A stretch of 64,000 nucleotides of DNA from Felis catus (taxonomy: Eukaryota): the NCBI RefSeq assembly GCF_018350175.1, contig NC_058377.1:61876001-61940000 (forward strand), read 5' to 3'. Positions 34,740 through 47,212 of this stretch are shown piece by piece. The notes under the pieces were generated by a model, which ran no database searches, had not been told where the DNA came from, and saw only the letters and a program-made list of their open reading frames with translations. The translations under genes and the position numbers were made by a program. Within the stretch, counting starts at the first letter, position 1; every line of letters begins with the position of its first letter.

Positions 34740-35490
34740 AAACATTCAATTCCCTGTTGGACCATCAATTGTAAGAGCTTATCTGCATCTCAAACATAAC
34801 ATCCAAAGTTGAACTTGTTGTTAATCACCGTATTTGATCCTCTCCAATATTTATCATCTCATGAAAGCCCATCTCCATCTACCAATGTACTCAAGCCAGA
34901 AAAACCTAGGAGGCATCTCTCACCCTTTCCCATACCAAGATCTAATTAACCTATTACCATCTTTCCAGACTATAACACTGGCTTCTCTCCTTCATCGCAC
35001 TTCCAACTATCATCCATCCATCTCCCTCAGCATCTGCAACCAGGATGCCTGTAGAACCTTCCTTAATGATTACCCAGCTTCGTGTCATGCCCCTCTCCCA
35101 TCCATTCTCCACAACAGAACCAAATTATTTCTTTATAAGTAAAATGGTGTTACACTTCCACTGAAAATCTTCCAATGGGTTCCTTTACCTTTAGAAATAA
35201 GAATTCATGCATCCTTACTTTGAAGCATCATCAGCACTACCTGGAAAGGTGTTACCTTCCAGTTATTCAAATCACTCATTACTTCTCTGTTCATGGTTGT
35301 GTGCCACTGTTACACAATCCCATACATATTTTTCTTCATGACTCATCACACTTTAGAATCATAGAATTATTATATATCTGTTTGGATATTGGATTAGTAT
35401 CTTTCTCCGCCCATAAATTGTAAGTTCCCATAATTGTCTGGTTTACTTCTCATCTTATTCTCAGTGCCTAGCTGAGTCACTGGCATAGAG
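34740..35490 (+). mobile_element. L2 fragment
   Basis: catctcaaacataacatccaaa...actcaagccagaaaaacctaggaggcatc...ccattctccaca...cagtgcctagc...tggcatagag. Confidence 0.7.
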
Positions 35491-36247
35491 CCCTGGACTA
35501 GGACTCAAAGATGACCAATTCTAGTTCTAATCAGTAAGTATCGATTAAGTAGATAAATACATTATGTGAGGAAGAAGCTATACATTCTCAAGTGTAAAAT
35601 GAATTTGATAAACTAAATAACTCATCTGACATCTAACAACTAAGTTTTTATCTCAGCTTTGCCATATGGCAGCTGTGCATTTAGTTTACGTCTTCACATC
35701 TTATTTTTACATCTATAGTATAGAAAAAAATAACAGAATAAAACATTTAAAATTCGTATTCAGGACACTGGTGCAAGTTATGCACTGAATAAATGGCAAC
35801 CACAGAGCAGGAATAAAAACGGTTATTCAGGGGGTGGGATCCCCTGGTCCTCTTTCCACACTGTCTGCCCACTTTCAAGATCCCAAAATCTTTGTCTCAG
35901 CCTTTATCCACCACCCAGTGAGAATACTGGAGTATGAGTTAATTACATTGTAACATCTGCACTAAATAAAAAGCTTCGGAGGCCGCCTGGCTGGGTCTAT
36001 ACGTGCTTGGAGGTGTAGAGTAAATCTGTAAGAATGAGGCCAGGACACTGGGATTTCAGGCATCAAGAGCTGCAGATGGGAAGTGTGGGTTAGGGGAAGA
36101 GGAATGTAGGCAAAATCTCTAAATTTAGATCACAGACAGCCTCTCCGTCTTCTTCAACTATTTGTACCCTGATTGCCTTAGGATTTCGAAGCTCATAATG
36201 AGGTTCTTACAGACCTTTGAGTGGGAAGAGTTGAGGTCCCGACTTAC

Positions 36248-36390
36248 CTCCCTAGGGCAGCTGTGCTGGAAGGGAGGAGAGTGGTGGGTGAAGTATTTAC
36301 CAGGGTGCATACTGGGCACGCAACCTCCCCGCCTTGATCTCTATAAAGCTGTCTCTTAAGAGCCCCTTGGGCCCAGTTAGCCCTGGGGCT
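36248..36390 (-). promoter_or_regulatory. Candidate promoter / 5' non-coding exon of the 33.6 kb OR
   Basis: Perfect donor GAG|gtaagt (exon ends at 36248). Three O/E(EBF)-like CCCNNGGG sites at 36250-57, 36364-71 and 36381-88; TAATGA near 36196. Similar sequence upstream of the 48.1 kb OR at ~49864-49895. Confidence 0.5.
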
Positions 36391-36710
36391 CAAGGGGGCT
36401 GGGGCAGCAGGCACTGCACAAAATCTTAAGTGGTTGGCTCCCCTGTGCTCTGGAATCTCTCTTCTTTAGAGGCTTCAAAGAAATTAAGAATTCTAACTGT
36501 GTTGCTCTTTATTATATATAAGAGGAAGTGAAGCCCAGAAGGAACCATTCAGGAAGCCAACAAAGAGTTGAATTCAACCCCAGACCCTCTGACTCTCACC
36601 AATTCCCAAATTAGAGCTTTTTGCACTAAGTATCCTACAACATAAATAGATTTCAAAAAACAAAATAGCATAACCACTAAAAGCCTAATAATTTACAGTC
36701 AGCAAATAGA

Positions 36711-36800
36711 GGGGTACCCGGCTGCCTCAGTGGGTTGAGCTTGTGACTCTGAATCTCAGGGTTGTGAGTTCAAGCCCCACATTGGACATAGAGCCTTCTT
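36711..36800 (+). mobile_element. Short old CAN-SINE
   Basis: tRNA-like head with A/B boxes; TSD ag(c/a)aaatagag. Confidence 0.65.
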
Positions 36801-36812
36801 ATAGTCAGAAAA

Positions 36813-36918
36813 TAGAGTGACCATCCTGGTTTGCCTGGAACTATACTGGTTTTAGCACAGAAAATCCTGCACGGAGGGAAGCCCCTCAGTCCTGTGAACT
36901 GGGGCAGTTTGTCACCCA
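36813..36918. mobile_element. MER94-like hAT-Blackjack MITE
   Basis: Terminal inverted repeats tagagtgacca / ttgtcaccca and internal ggttttagcacagaaaatcctgca. Confidence 0.65.
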
Positions 36919-37555
36919 ACATCCAGCTCTAGATTCAAAACCAACTTCTTAAACATCCTTAAAAACATTTAATTGGCTCAAGTTCCTAATTCCTCATTTG
37001 TAAAATTACAGTACAGATTCTTATAAATCCATTTGACTATGAAACTTAATATCACATGCTAAGTGCTTCTGACACAAGAACTACTGAATAGAAAAATTTG
37101 AAAGAATTTGATAACCAGTGGGCTCTGGGGGCCCTGGGGGCTGTGAGGACAGGCAGATTCCCAAGACACTAAGGAGAGTCTTTTGGTCATCTCATATCGC
37201 ACCCAAACGTCTGTAATGAAGAAATTGAGGCTCTAAGGAGGAAGAGACTTGCTGACAGAGAAATTGGCATAGAGACAGGACGTGAACAGAATTGTCCTGA
37301 TCCAGACTCCAATTCTATCCCCACTGCCCATGCTGTCTCTTATTACCAGGGTTAGGAGAGGAAGAAAAGAATAACTGGTATGTTTTGACCTTTTACCAAG
37401 TATCTGGGACCATGATAAATTGCTTGATATAGATTAGCTTATTTAATCCTCAGAGAAAACATGATGAATGCATTTTATTATGACTAAAATCAGTACTGGA
37501 TTTCTCAGTAGGCAGACTACACCTACAGAGTTACAGCAATGGGGAAGTAAAGCAC

Positions 37556-37558
<3 letters not shown>

Positions 37559-37603
<45 letters not shown>
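37559..37603. repeat. (AT)22 microsatellite
   Basis: Direct read. Confidence 0.95.
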
Positions 37604-37606
<3 letters not shown>

Positions 37607-37757
37607 CACTATATTTTAAATAAAACATTATATTAATATTATATATTAAAATGCATAAATATATTTTAAATAATAAATAAATATATAGGCATTTGTATAT
37701 ATAAAACCATTTATGGCTCCAGTGGAGATCCAGAAAATGAGATTAAATGTCTAATTC

Positions 37758-37966
37758 TTTTTTTAAATTTTATTTATTATTTTGAGAGAGAGAGAGAGGG
37801 AGAAAGCAGGGGAAGGGCAGAGAGAAAGCAAGAGAGAGAATCCCATGCAGGCTCTGCGCTGCCAGCACATAGCCCAATGTGGGCTGGATCTCATGAAGTG
37901 TGAGATCATGACCTGAGCCAAAGCCAAGAGTCAGACACTTAACTGACTGAGCTATCCAGGTGCCCC
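37758..37966 (-). mobile_element. CAN-SINE (with a 64-bp 5' extension inside the TSD; see findings)
   Basis: Full SINE body. TSD-like taaatgtcta(a/t)ttc at 37744-57 and 38031-44. Confidence 0.9.
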
Positions 37967-38044
37967 AGGCTAGTCTCTTTCTAATTTTCCCTTACTCCAA
38001 GGTATAAAATTTTGGAGTCCAGGAGACCCCTAAATGTCTATTTC

Positions 38045-41000
38045 TTTTTTTTAATATGAAATTTATTGTCAAATTGGTTTCCATACAACAGCCAGTGCTC
38101 ATCTCAACAGGTGCCCTCCTCAGTGCCCCTCACCCACCCTCTCCTCCCGCCCACCCCCCATCAACCCTCAGTTTGTTCTCAGTTTTTAACAGTCTCTTAT
38201 GGTTTGGCTCCCTCCCTCTCTAACCTTTTTTTTTCCTCCCCCTCCCCCAGGGTCTTCTGTTAAGTTTCTCAGGATCCACATAAGAGTGAAAACATACGGT
38301 ATCTGTCTTTTTCTGTATAATTTATTTCACTTAGCATAACACTCTCCAGTTCCATCCACATTGCTACAAAAGGCCGTATTTCATTCTTTCTCATTGCTAA
38401 GTAGTATTCCATTGTGTATATAAACCACAATTTCTTTATCCATTCATCAGTTGATGGAAATTTAGTCTCTTCCATAATTTGGCTATTGTTGAAAGTGCTG
38501 CTATAAACATTGGGGTACAAGTGCCCCTCTTCATCAGCACTCCTGTATCCCTTGGGTAAATTCCTAGCAGTGCTATTGCTGGGTCATAGGGTAGATGTAC
38601 TTTTAATTTTTTCAGGAAACTCCACACTGTTTTCCAGAGTGGCTGCACCAGTGTGCATTCCCATCAAGAGTGCAAGAGGGTTCCTGTTTCTCCACATCCT
38701 CTCCAGCATCCATAGTCTCCTGATTTGTTCATTTAGCCACTCTGACTGNNNNNNNNNNNNNNNNNNNNNNNNNNNNNNNNNNNNNNNNNNNNNNNNNNNN
38801 NNNNNNNNNNNNNNNNNNNNNNNNNNNNNNNNNNNNNNNNNNNNNNNNNNNNNNNNNNNNNNNNNNNNNNNNNNNNNNNNNNNTCTTCCCTGGATTATTT
38901 GTTTTTTGGGTGTGGAGTTTGGTGAGTTCTTTGTAGATTTTGGATACTGGCCCTTTGTCTGATATGTCGTTTGCAAATATCTTTTCCCATTCTGTCGGTT
39001 GCCTTTTAGTTTTGTTGATTGTTTCCTTTGCTGTGCAGAAGCTTTTTACCTTCATGAAGTCCCAATAGTTCATTTTTGCTTTTAATTCCCTTGCCTTTGG
39101 GGATGTGTCAAGTAAGAAATTGCTGCGGCTGAGGTCAGAGAGGTCTTTTCCTGCTTTCTCCTCTAGGGTTTTGATGGTTTCCTGTCTCACATTCAGGTCC
39201 TTTATCCATTTTGAGTTTATTTTTGTGAATGGTGTGAGAAAGTGGTCTGGTTTCATCCTTGTGCATGTTGCTGTCCAGTTCTCCCAGCACCATTTGTTAA
39301 AGACACTGTCTTTTTTCCATTGGACATTCTTTCCTGCTTTGTTAAAGATTAGTTGGCCATACGTTCGTGGGTCCAATTCTGGAGTCTCTATTCTGTTCCA
39401 TTGGTCTATGTGTCTGTTTTTGTGCCAATACCATGCTGTCTTGATGATTACAGCTTTGTAGTAGAGGCTAAAGTCTGGGATTGTGATACCTCCCATTTTG
39501 GTCTTCTTCTTCAATTTACTTTGGTTATTTGGGGTCTTTTGTGGTTCCATACAAATCTTAGGATTGCTTGCTCTACCTTCAANNNNNNNNNNNNNNNNNN
39601 NNNNNNNNNNNNNNNNNNNNNNNNNNNNNNNNNNNNNNNNNNNNNNNNNNNNNNNNNNNNNNNNNNNNNNNNNNNNNNNNNNNNNNNNNNNNNNNNNNNN
39701 NNNNNNNNNNNNNNNNNNNNNNNNNTCATAAGCTTTGTATAGTTTTCAGCATACAGATCTTTTACATCTTTGGTTAGGTTGATTCCTAGGTATTTTATGA
39801 TTCTTGGTGCAATTGTGAGTGGGATCAGTTTCTTTATGTGTCTTTCTGTTGCTTCATTATTAATGTATAAGAATGCAACTGATTTCTGTACATTATTTTT
39901 GTATACTGTGACTTTGCTGAATTCATGTATCAGTTCTAGGAGACTTTTGGTGGAGTCTGTCGTGTTTTCCATGTATAGTATCATGTCATCTGCAAAAAGT
40001 GAAAGCTTGAGTTCATCTTTCCCAATTTTGATGCCTTTGATTTCCTTTTGTTGTCTGATTGCTGGTACTAGAACTTCCAACACTATGTTAAACAACAGTA
40101 GTGAGAGTGGACATCCCTGTTGTGTTCCTGATGTCAGGGGGAAGGCTCTCAGTTTTTCCCCATTGAGGATGATATTAGCTGTGGGCTTTTCATAAATGGC
40201 TTCTATGGTGTTTAAGTATGTTCCTTATTTCCCAACTTTCTTGAGGGTTTTTATTAAGAAAGGAGGTTGAATTTTGTCAAATGCTTTTTCTGCATCGATT
40301 GACAGGATCATATGNNNNNNNNNNNNNNNNNNNNNNNNNNNNNNNNNNNNNNNNNNNNNNNNNNNNNNNNNNNNNNNNNNNNNNNNNNNNNNNNNNNNNN
40401 NNNNNNNNNNNNNNNNNNNNNNNNNNNNNNNNNNNNNNNNNNNNNNNNNNNNNNNNNNNNNNNNNNNNNNNNNNNNNNNNNNNNNNNNNNNNNNNNNNNN
40501 NNNNNNNNNNNNNNNNNNNNNNNNNNNNNTGTTTGGGAATCAAAGTAATGCTGGCTTCATAGAATGAGTATGGAAGTTTTCCTTCCCTTTCTATTTTTTG
40601 GAACAGCTTGAGAAGGATAGGTATTATCTCTGCTTTACATGTCTGGTAGAATTCCCCAGGGAAGCCGTCTGGTCCAGGACTCTTATTTGTTGGGAGAGTT
40701 TTGATAACTGATTCAATGTTTTCACTGATTATGGGTCTGTTCAAGTTTTCTGTTTCTTCCTGTTTGAGTTTGGGAAGTGTGTGGGTGCTTAGGAATTTGT
40801 CCCATTTCTTCCAGGTTGTCCAGTTTGTTGGCATATAATGTTTCATGGTATTCCCTGATAATTGCTTGTATTTCTGAGGGATTGGTTGTAATAATTCAAT
40901 TTTCATTCATGATTTTTATCTATTTGGGTCATCTCCCTTTTTTTTTTTTTCAGAAGCCTGGCTAGAGGTTTATCAATTTTGTGTACTTTTTCAAAAAACC

Positions 41001-41155
41001 AACTCTTGGTTTCACTGATCTGCTCTATAGTTTTTTTTTTTTAGATTCTATATTGTTTATTTCTGCTCTGACCTTTATTATTTCTCTTCTTCTGCTGGGT
41101 TTAGGGTGTCTTTGCTATTCTGCTTCTAGTTTCTTTAAGTGTGCTGTTAGATTTT
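38045..41155 (-). mobile_element. 5'-truncated, inactive L1_Fc (~3.1 kb including 493 N in three gaps)
   Basis: 3' UTR plus ORF2 pieces, including the RT motif [11 protein letters not shown]. +1 frameshift near 40801; TSD gtctattt at 38036-43 and 41157-64. Confidence 0.95.
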
Positions 41156-41483
41156 AGTCTATTTTTCTTTTTTTTCCCTCTTGTTTTAACATTGGGGAGC
41201 TCTACCTCGTTCCTGTTCCATTTCCCAATTTTTTTTAACTTTAGAGAAAGTAATCTCCATTGTATAAGAATTCTAAATTAGCTTTAAGATCATGTTGTTG
41301 TATTCCCCCAAATATTCATAATTAAGTACATTGAATAGGGAAGAAATGACACCTTCAGTATTTGTTTAATCTTTCCACCTAGACACTTTTGTCCCCATCC
41401 ATTCAAGTTTATTTCTAAACCTATTGATCATACTTGAACTTTTTTTCCATAAAACACCTCATTAAAATATTACTGAGGAATTG

Positions 41484-41697
41484 TTTTTTTCTCTCCTTCT
41501 CTCTCTTTTCTTTTTTGAGAGAGAGAGTGTGAGTGGAGAGAAGGCCAGAGGGAGACAGAGACTCTCAAGCAGACTCCATGCTCAATGTAGAACCCAACTT
41601 GGGGCTGGATCCCAGCCTGGTTCCATGGATCATGGATCATGACCTGAGCTGAAATCAAGAGTCAGTTACTCAATGGATTGAGCTATCCAGGCACACC
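41484..41697 (-). mobile_element. CAN-SINE
   Basis: TSD ctgaggaat(tg/ca)ttttt. Confidence 0.85.
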
Positions 41698-41809
41698 CTG
41701 AGGAATCATTTTTTTTAAGTTTGAGAGTTGAATTAAATATTTGTTGTTTTTGGAAATTTCTGGTTTTGTTATATTATGTCATATTTGGAAAATTTTCTCA
41801 ATTTTTAGT

Positions 41810-42170
41810 AATTTTTCTTTTTCTTTATTTTTTATTTACTTTTTAAATTTTAATTTATTTTTAAATTTACACCCAAGTTAGTTAGCATATAATGCAACAA
41901 TGATTTCAAGAGTAGATTCCTTAATGCCCCTGACCCATTTAGCCCATCTCCCCTCTCACAACCCCTCCGTAACCCTCTGTTTGTTTTCCATATTTAAGAG
42001 TCTCTTATGTTTTGTCACCTTCCCTGTTTTTATATTATTTTTGCTTCCCCTCCCTTATGTTCATCTGTTTTGTATCTTAAAGTCCTCGTATGAGTGAAGT
42101 CATATGATATTTGTCTTTCTCTGACTGACTAATTTTGCTTGGCATAATACCCTTTAGTTCTATCCACGTA
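41810..42170 (-). mobile_element. Older felid/carnivore L1 3' fragment
   Basis: aatttacacccaagttagttagcatata...gagtgaagtcatatgatatttgtctttctctgactgact. Confidence 0.8.
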
Positions 42171-42479
42171 TTTTTAAATCTTTGTGTTTTCTTGAACCAC
42201 AAATTACATCACTTGGAAATAATTATAATATGGTTGTATTCATTCATTTATCCAATTCATAAGTATTTACTGAAATCTGTATAATCTGCGCAAGGTTAAG
42301 GTTATAATTTGGTTACTATAAATGTTAGAATTTTCCTTATTGAGTATTTTAATATATGCCAAGCAGTGTGTGAACCATTTTGCAAATTATCTGTAAACTT
42401 TATAAAAAAATATAATCTGGTTATTTTGCATCAATTTACAGTTGAGTAAATTGAGGCTCAGAGAGGTTGGGATTTTTCT

Positions 42480-42681
42480 TTCCTTTTTTTAAAAAAATGC
42501 TTATTTTTGGGAAAGACAGAGAGGGGTAGGGCATGGGAGAAGCAGAGAGAGGGAGACACAGAATCTGAAGCAGGCTCCAGGCTCTGAACTGTCATCATGG
42601 ATCCAACATGGGGCTTAAACCCACAAACTGTGAGATCATGACCTCAGCCAAAGTTTAACCCACTGAGCCACCAGGTGTCCC
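42480..42681 (-). mobile_element. CAN-SINE inserted in a MIR fragment
   Basis: TSD aggttg(g/a)gatttttct; MIR core tttacagttgagtaaattgaggctcagagagg to the left. Confidence 0.88.
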
Positions 42682-43099
42682 AGGTTGAGATTTTTCTAAA
42701 GCCATGATTTTCTGTGCACAAAGTTCATACCCTTTCTAATATTAAACAATTAATTCTTTCAAAACGCTTATGATTCAAGTAGGAAGCTATAAACAGAGTA
42801 GTACAGAGTGCTATCCAGCTGCTGCAGTGTAATTCCACACAAATAGATTTGAAGCATAAAAAGAATAAAATATCTGTTTTAACGCTATTGGAGGTGAAGG
42901 GACCAGACAGAGGGCAGGTAGTAAAGGAATTCTTTAAAATGTTGCACAGAGTAGATAATTTAAAACATGAACCAATGTTTAGCCCATGATATCGGTCTAA
43001 TAAATATTTTTGATGAATAATTAGGATGATATACATTTTCCATGCAGATAAAGATGGACAAGATACCCCAAGTAAAGTCAGAGCAAGGATATAGATATA

Positions 43100-43430
43100 A
43101 AGCAGCTTGTTGGTTCAGGAATCACATGTAGTTCCATATGGCTAAGGCAAAATACAAGATAGAGTGGTACTATGATTAAGAGACGTGTTACAGCTTTTGG
43201 ACTTTATCCATAGACAGTAAGAGACATTTAAATCTCTTGAAAGAGACATTGAAAGTATTTTATAATCAGATGGAGCCTTTGGGAAGATCATTCTGGTTGT
43301 GGTGTAGTAAAAGGAGAGAAAAGATCAGTAAATGATGAGATCATTTTGGAAGATATTGCCAAGTTGAAGTAAGGGATGATAATGAAGGCCCCAAATAAGG
43401 TAGCAACAGTGGTGAGGTAGAGGCAAAGTT
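43100..43430 (-). mobile_element. L2 fragment
   Basis: ttttggactttatcc...ggaagatcattctggttg...gggatgataatgaaggcc. Confidence 0.5.
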
Positions 43431-43569
43431 GGGAAAAATCAAAATCTGGAATTTTCAGGATTTAGTATAGAGTTAAAGATACAGGTTAAATTAAAATAAT
43501 CGTTTCTATCTCAAGTCTCACAACATTGAAAAAAGATTCCTCAAAAAAATGGTAAGTGATAGCCAAATA

Positions 43570-43571
<2 letters not shown>

Positions 43572-43601
<30 letters not shown>
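43572..43601 (+). repeat. (TG)15 microsatellite
   Basis: Direct read. Confidence 0.95.
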
Positions 43602-43605
<4 letters not shown>

Positions 43606-44004
43606 ATACAGTATAAAAAATATATATAGAAAAATTTTAAATATTTAACCAGAAAGTATATGATATAACACATTAATAAAATATGCATAAAGTTTTCATT
43701 AGTACTTTCTGGAAAGTACTATCGCTTATATAGTTTTTTCATAATTTCACTCATCAGCATGATGAATTATATTGATGAATTTCTGAAAAATGAGTTATGC
43801 TTTGAAATCTAGAATATATGTTGATTATTCTTTGTCTATATTATTAATTGTATACACAACTTTGAGTATTTACACATATGTTCCCATTAGTGTGTTTTGT
43901 CTACAGGATTGTTTGCCGATATAAATTTTTTCTGTATTGTTTATCAAGATTATATTTGCTCTTTTGAATAGCTTTCCAGTTTTATTTATGACTTAAGATG
44001 TATC

Positions 44005-44225
44005 GGGGTGCCTGGGTGGCTCAGTCAGTTAAGTGGCTGACTTCGGCTCAGGTCATGATCTCGCGGTCTGTGGGTTCGAGCCCGCGTCCGGCTTTGTGCT
44101 GATAGCGCGGAGCCTGGAGCCTGCTTCTGTTTCTGTGTCTCCCTCTCTCTCTGCCCCTCCCCCATTCGTGCTCTGTCTCTCTCCACCTTTCAAAAATGAA
44201 TAAATGTTAAAAAATTTTTTTAAAA
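44005..44225 (+). mobile_element. Felid CAN-SINE
   Basis: TSD aagatgtat at 43995-44003 and 44226-34. Confidence 0.92.
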
Positions 44226-44241
44226 AAGATGTATAAAAAGA

Positions 44242-44437
44242 GGGCGCCTGGGTAGCTTACTCAGTTCAGCATATGACTTCGGCCCTAGTCATGATCTCAC
44301 AGTTCATGAGTTTGAGTCCCACATCAGGTGAGATCGAGCCCCCTTTGGGTGAGACCTGCTTCTCTCTCTCTCTCTCCCCCCTCTCTCTGCCACTCACTCA
44401 CTTGTGCCCTTTAAATAAATAAATAAATATTAAAGAA
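44242..44437 (+). mobile_element. Older CAN-SINE (different subfamily)
   Basis: TSD aagatgtataaaaaga / aagatccattaaaaga (13/16). Confidence 0.85.
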
Positions 44438-44635
44438 AAGATCCATTAAAAGAATAATCTGTTTCTTGAAATGTGGGGAGAAAAGCAAAGAAAAAGATCT
44501 TGTTCTATATACAACTGTAATATGTTGTAATATGTACAAATACATATTATAATATGTTGGAGATGATGTGAGTATAATTGTTAAGTTGTAATTTCTTGCT
44601 TAAGTATGAGTTAATTCTTCATGCATTTACATTTT

Positions 44636-44842
44636 TTTAAGTTTATTTATTTATTTTGAGAGAGAGGGCATGCACACATGAGTTAGAGAAGGGCAGAGAG
44701 AGAGAGGGAGAGAGAGAATCCCAAGCAGGCTCCATGTTCAGTATGGAGCCTGACAGGGGACTCGATCTCACAACAGTGAGATCATGACTTGAGCCCAAAT
44801 CAAGAGTCCGTCACTCAACTGACTGAGCCACCCAGGCTCACC
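44636..44842 (-). mobile_element. CAN-SINE
   Basis: TSD catg(c/t)atttacatttt. Confidence 0.9.
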
Positions 44843-45182
44843 CATGTATTTACATTTTGTTATTTTCCCTCGAATACCAATTTATTCCAGACTTTAGATT
44901 ACTTATAGAACATGCTGTCATTTTAAAAATATCTCTAATCTAGTATTATATATGATTCCTGAGTGTATTTTCCATTTGATTAAGTTTTTAGAGGTTGGTC
45001 TACTTTGAGAGCTTAAAAGATTGGTTATTGGATTATTTTCAAGCTTTCCCATTCATATCGTTCCATCATTTAAACAATTTTTAATGATTTTAAGTAGTAT
45101 TTTATTCTTTTATAATGTCTTAAATTGACTGCTTAATTTTTTAACATTCTCTTTTTGTCATAAAAAATACCACCAACTTTCT

Positions 45183-45396
45183 TTTTAAGTTTATTTCTTT
45201 ATTTATGAGAGACAGACCTAACCTGAGCAGGAGGGGTAGAGAAAGGGAGAGGGAGAGGAAGAGAAAGTATCCCAAGCAGGCTCTGCACTGTCAGCACACA
45301 GCACGATGCTGGACTCGATCTCACAAACTATGATATCATGATCTGAGCTGAAATGAAGAGTAGGACACTTAATTGGCTGAACCACCCAGGTGCCCA
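45183..45396 (-). mobile_element. CAN-SINE
   Basis: TSD ccaccaacttt at 45170-80 and 45397-407. Confidence 0.88.
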
Positions 45397-45761
45397 CCAC
45401 CAACTTTTTATAAGACTATGAATTTAGGCAGAATATATCATTGCATACATGTTGTATGTTTTGTTATGTAGTGTTTCCACTTTGATTCTTTCTTTATAAT
45501 TTGCTAATATATGCATTTATGTTGTTCATTAAAATATATATACATACATATATGTGAACATATACAATTTATGTTATACACCTTACCGAATTTTATTATT
45601 ATTGAAACCTAGATCACACTACAATTTATATTGTAATTGCATTTATTTCCTCTTTTAAAGCTAGGTAGATAGTGTGTATTATATGAAATAAATTCTGACA
45701 TGCATAGCTATAGCTAATATATATATTTCATTTGAACTAATACTCTTTTTCATAATCTTAA

Positions 45762-46805
45762 TTTTTTTTAGTTAAACACTTAACATGAGATCTCCTCTCT
45801 TAACAAAATTTTAAGTGCCATTGTATTATTGTTGACTATGTAAAATTCTGCACAGATTTCTACAGCTTATTCATCTTGCTTAACTACAACTTTATGCCCA
45901 TCAATNNNNNNNNNNNNNNNNNNNNNNNNNNNNNNNNNNNNNNNNNNNNNNNNNNNNNNNNNNNNNNNNNNNNNNNNNNNNNNNNNNNNNNNNNNNNNNN
46001 NNNNNNNNNNNNNNNNNNNNNNNNNNNNNNNNNNNNNNNNNNNNNNNNNNNNNNNNNNNNNNNNNNNNNNNNNNNNNNNNNNNNNNNNNNNNNNNNNNNN
46101 NNNNNNNNNNNNNNNNNNNNNNNNNNNNNNNNNNNNNNNNNNNNNNNNNNNNNNNNNNNNNNNNNNNNNNNNNNNNNNNNNNNNNNNNNNNNNNNNNNNN
46201 NNNNNNNNNNNNNNNNNNNNNNNNNNNNNNNNNNNNNNNNNNNNNNNNNNNNNNNNNNNNNNNNNNNNNNNNNNNNNNNNNNNNNNNNNNNNNNNNNNNN
46301 NNNNNNNNNNNNNNNNNNNNNNNNNNNNNNNNNNNNNNNNNNNNNNNNNNNNNNNNNNNNNNNNNNNNNNNNNNNNNNNNNNNNNNNNNNNNNNNNNNNN
46401 NNNNNNNNNNNNNNNNNNNNNNNNNNNNNNNNNNNNNNNNNNNNNNNNNNNNNNNNNNNNNNNNNNNNNNNNNNNNNNNNNNNNNNNNNNNACTGATAAT
46501 CTAATTTTAAGATGGTATAAAGAGTAGAATAAGCATTTATCCAGAAAAGACCTACAAACAGTCAACAGAACATACAATGGCATAATGGCATAACATCACT
46601 CATCATTAGGGAAATCCAGATTGAAATTACAATGAGATATCATCTCCTATCTTCCAAGATGGCTATTACTAAAAAAACAAAAGACAACAAGTATTGACAA
46701 GGATATAAGGAAATATGGACCCATGCACACTATTGGGAATGTAAAATAGATCCACTATAGAAAACAGTATGGAGATTCCTCAAAAAAATTAAGAGTAGAG
46801 CTACC
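45762..46805. mobile_element. Old L1 with opposite-orientation halves across a 586-N gap
   Basis: Antisense L1 3' end at 45762-45905; sense ORF2 C-terminal segment at 46492-46805. Confidence 0.7.
45906..46491. other. Assembly gap (586 N); other gaps at 38749-38883, 39583-39725 and 40315-40529
   Basis: N runs, all inside L1 elements. Confidence 0.99.
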
Positions 46806-47212
46806 TTTGGCAAATCTTGGGAAATGGCTTTCTTTACCCATTATGAAAGTGTTTCCATGGTACTAAGCAATTTCCTTTGTGATGATTCGCTTTCAACAAA
46901 AACATATTGTGATAAAATGAGGGACTGATTATAAGGATGTATATTTTTGGATTAAAAAAGAGGAAAATTGAGCAAGTTTTTTTTTTTGTTTTGTTTTTAC
47001 TAAATTCTGACCAGTTTATCTTGGCAAAACCTGTTGGTTTAAGTCTTAACTATTGTCAGGTAGTCATCAAACATCTGGTGGCAGAAATCCTAATATTGGT
47101 TAATGACTAAAAAGAAATGTAAAAAGCCTTGTCAAAGTAGTTTTTAAAAACTCAAATTTGTGGTCTAACAATAAATAGCCTCTCAGTCTTGAAATTTCAA
47201 CATGTCTCCTAC

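Noticed and set aside
38045-41155. Potentially active L1
   Set aside because: 5'-truncated (no promoter, ORF1 or endonuclease domain) and frameshifted near 40801.
45867-46583. Long ORFs of X residues (also at 38.5-40.6 kb)
   Set aside because: Artefacts of translating N gaps.
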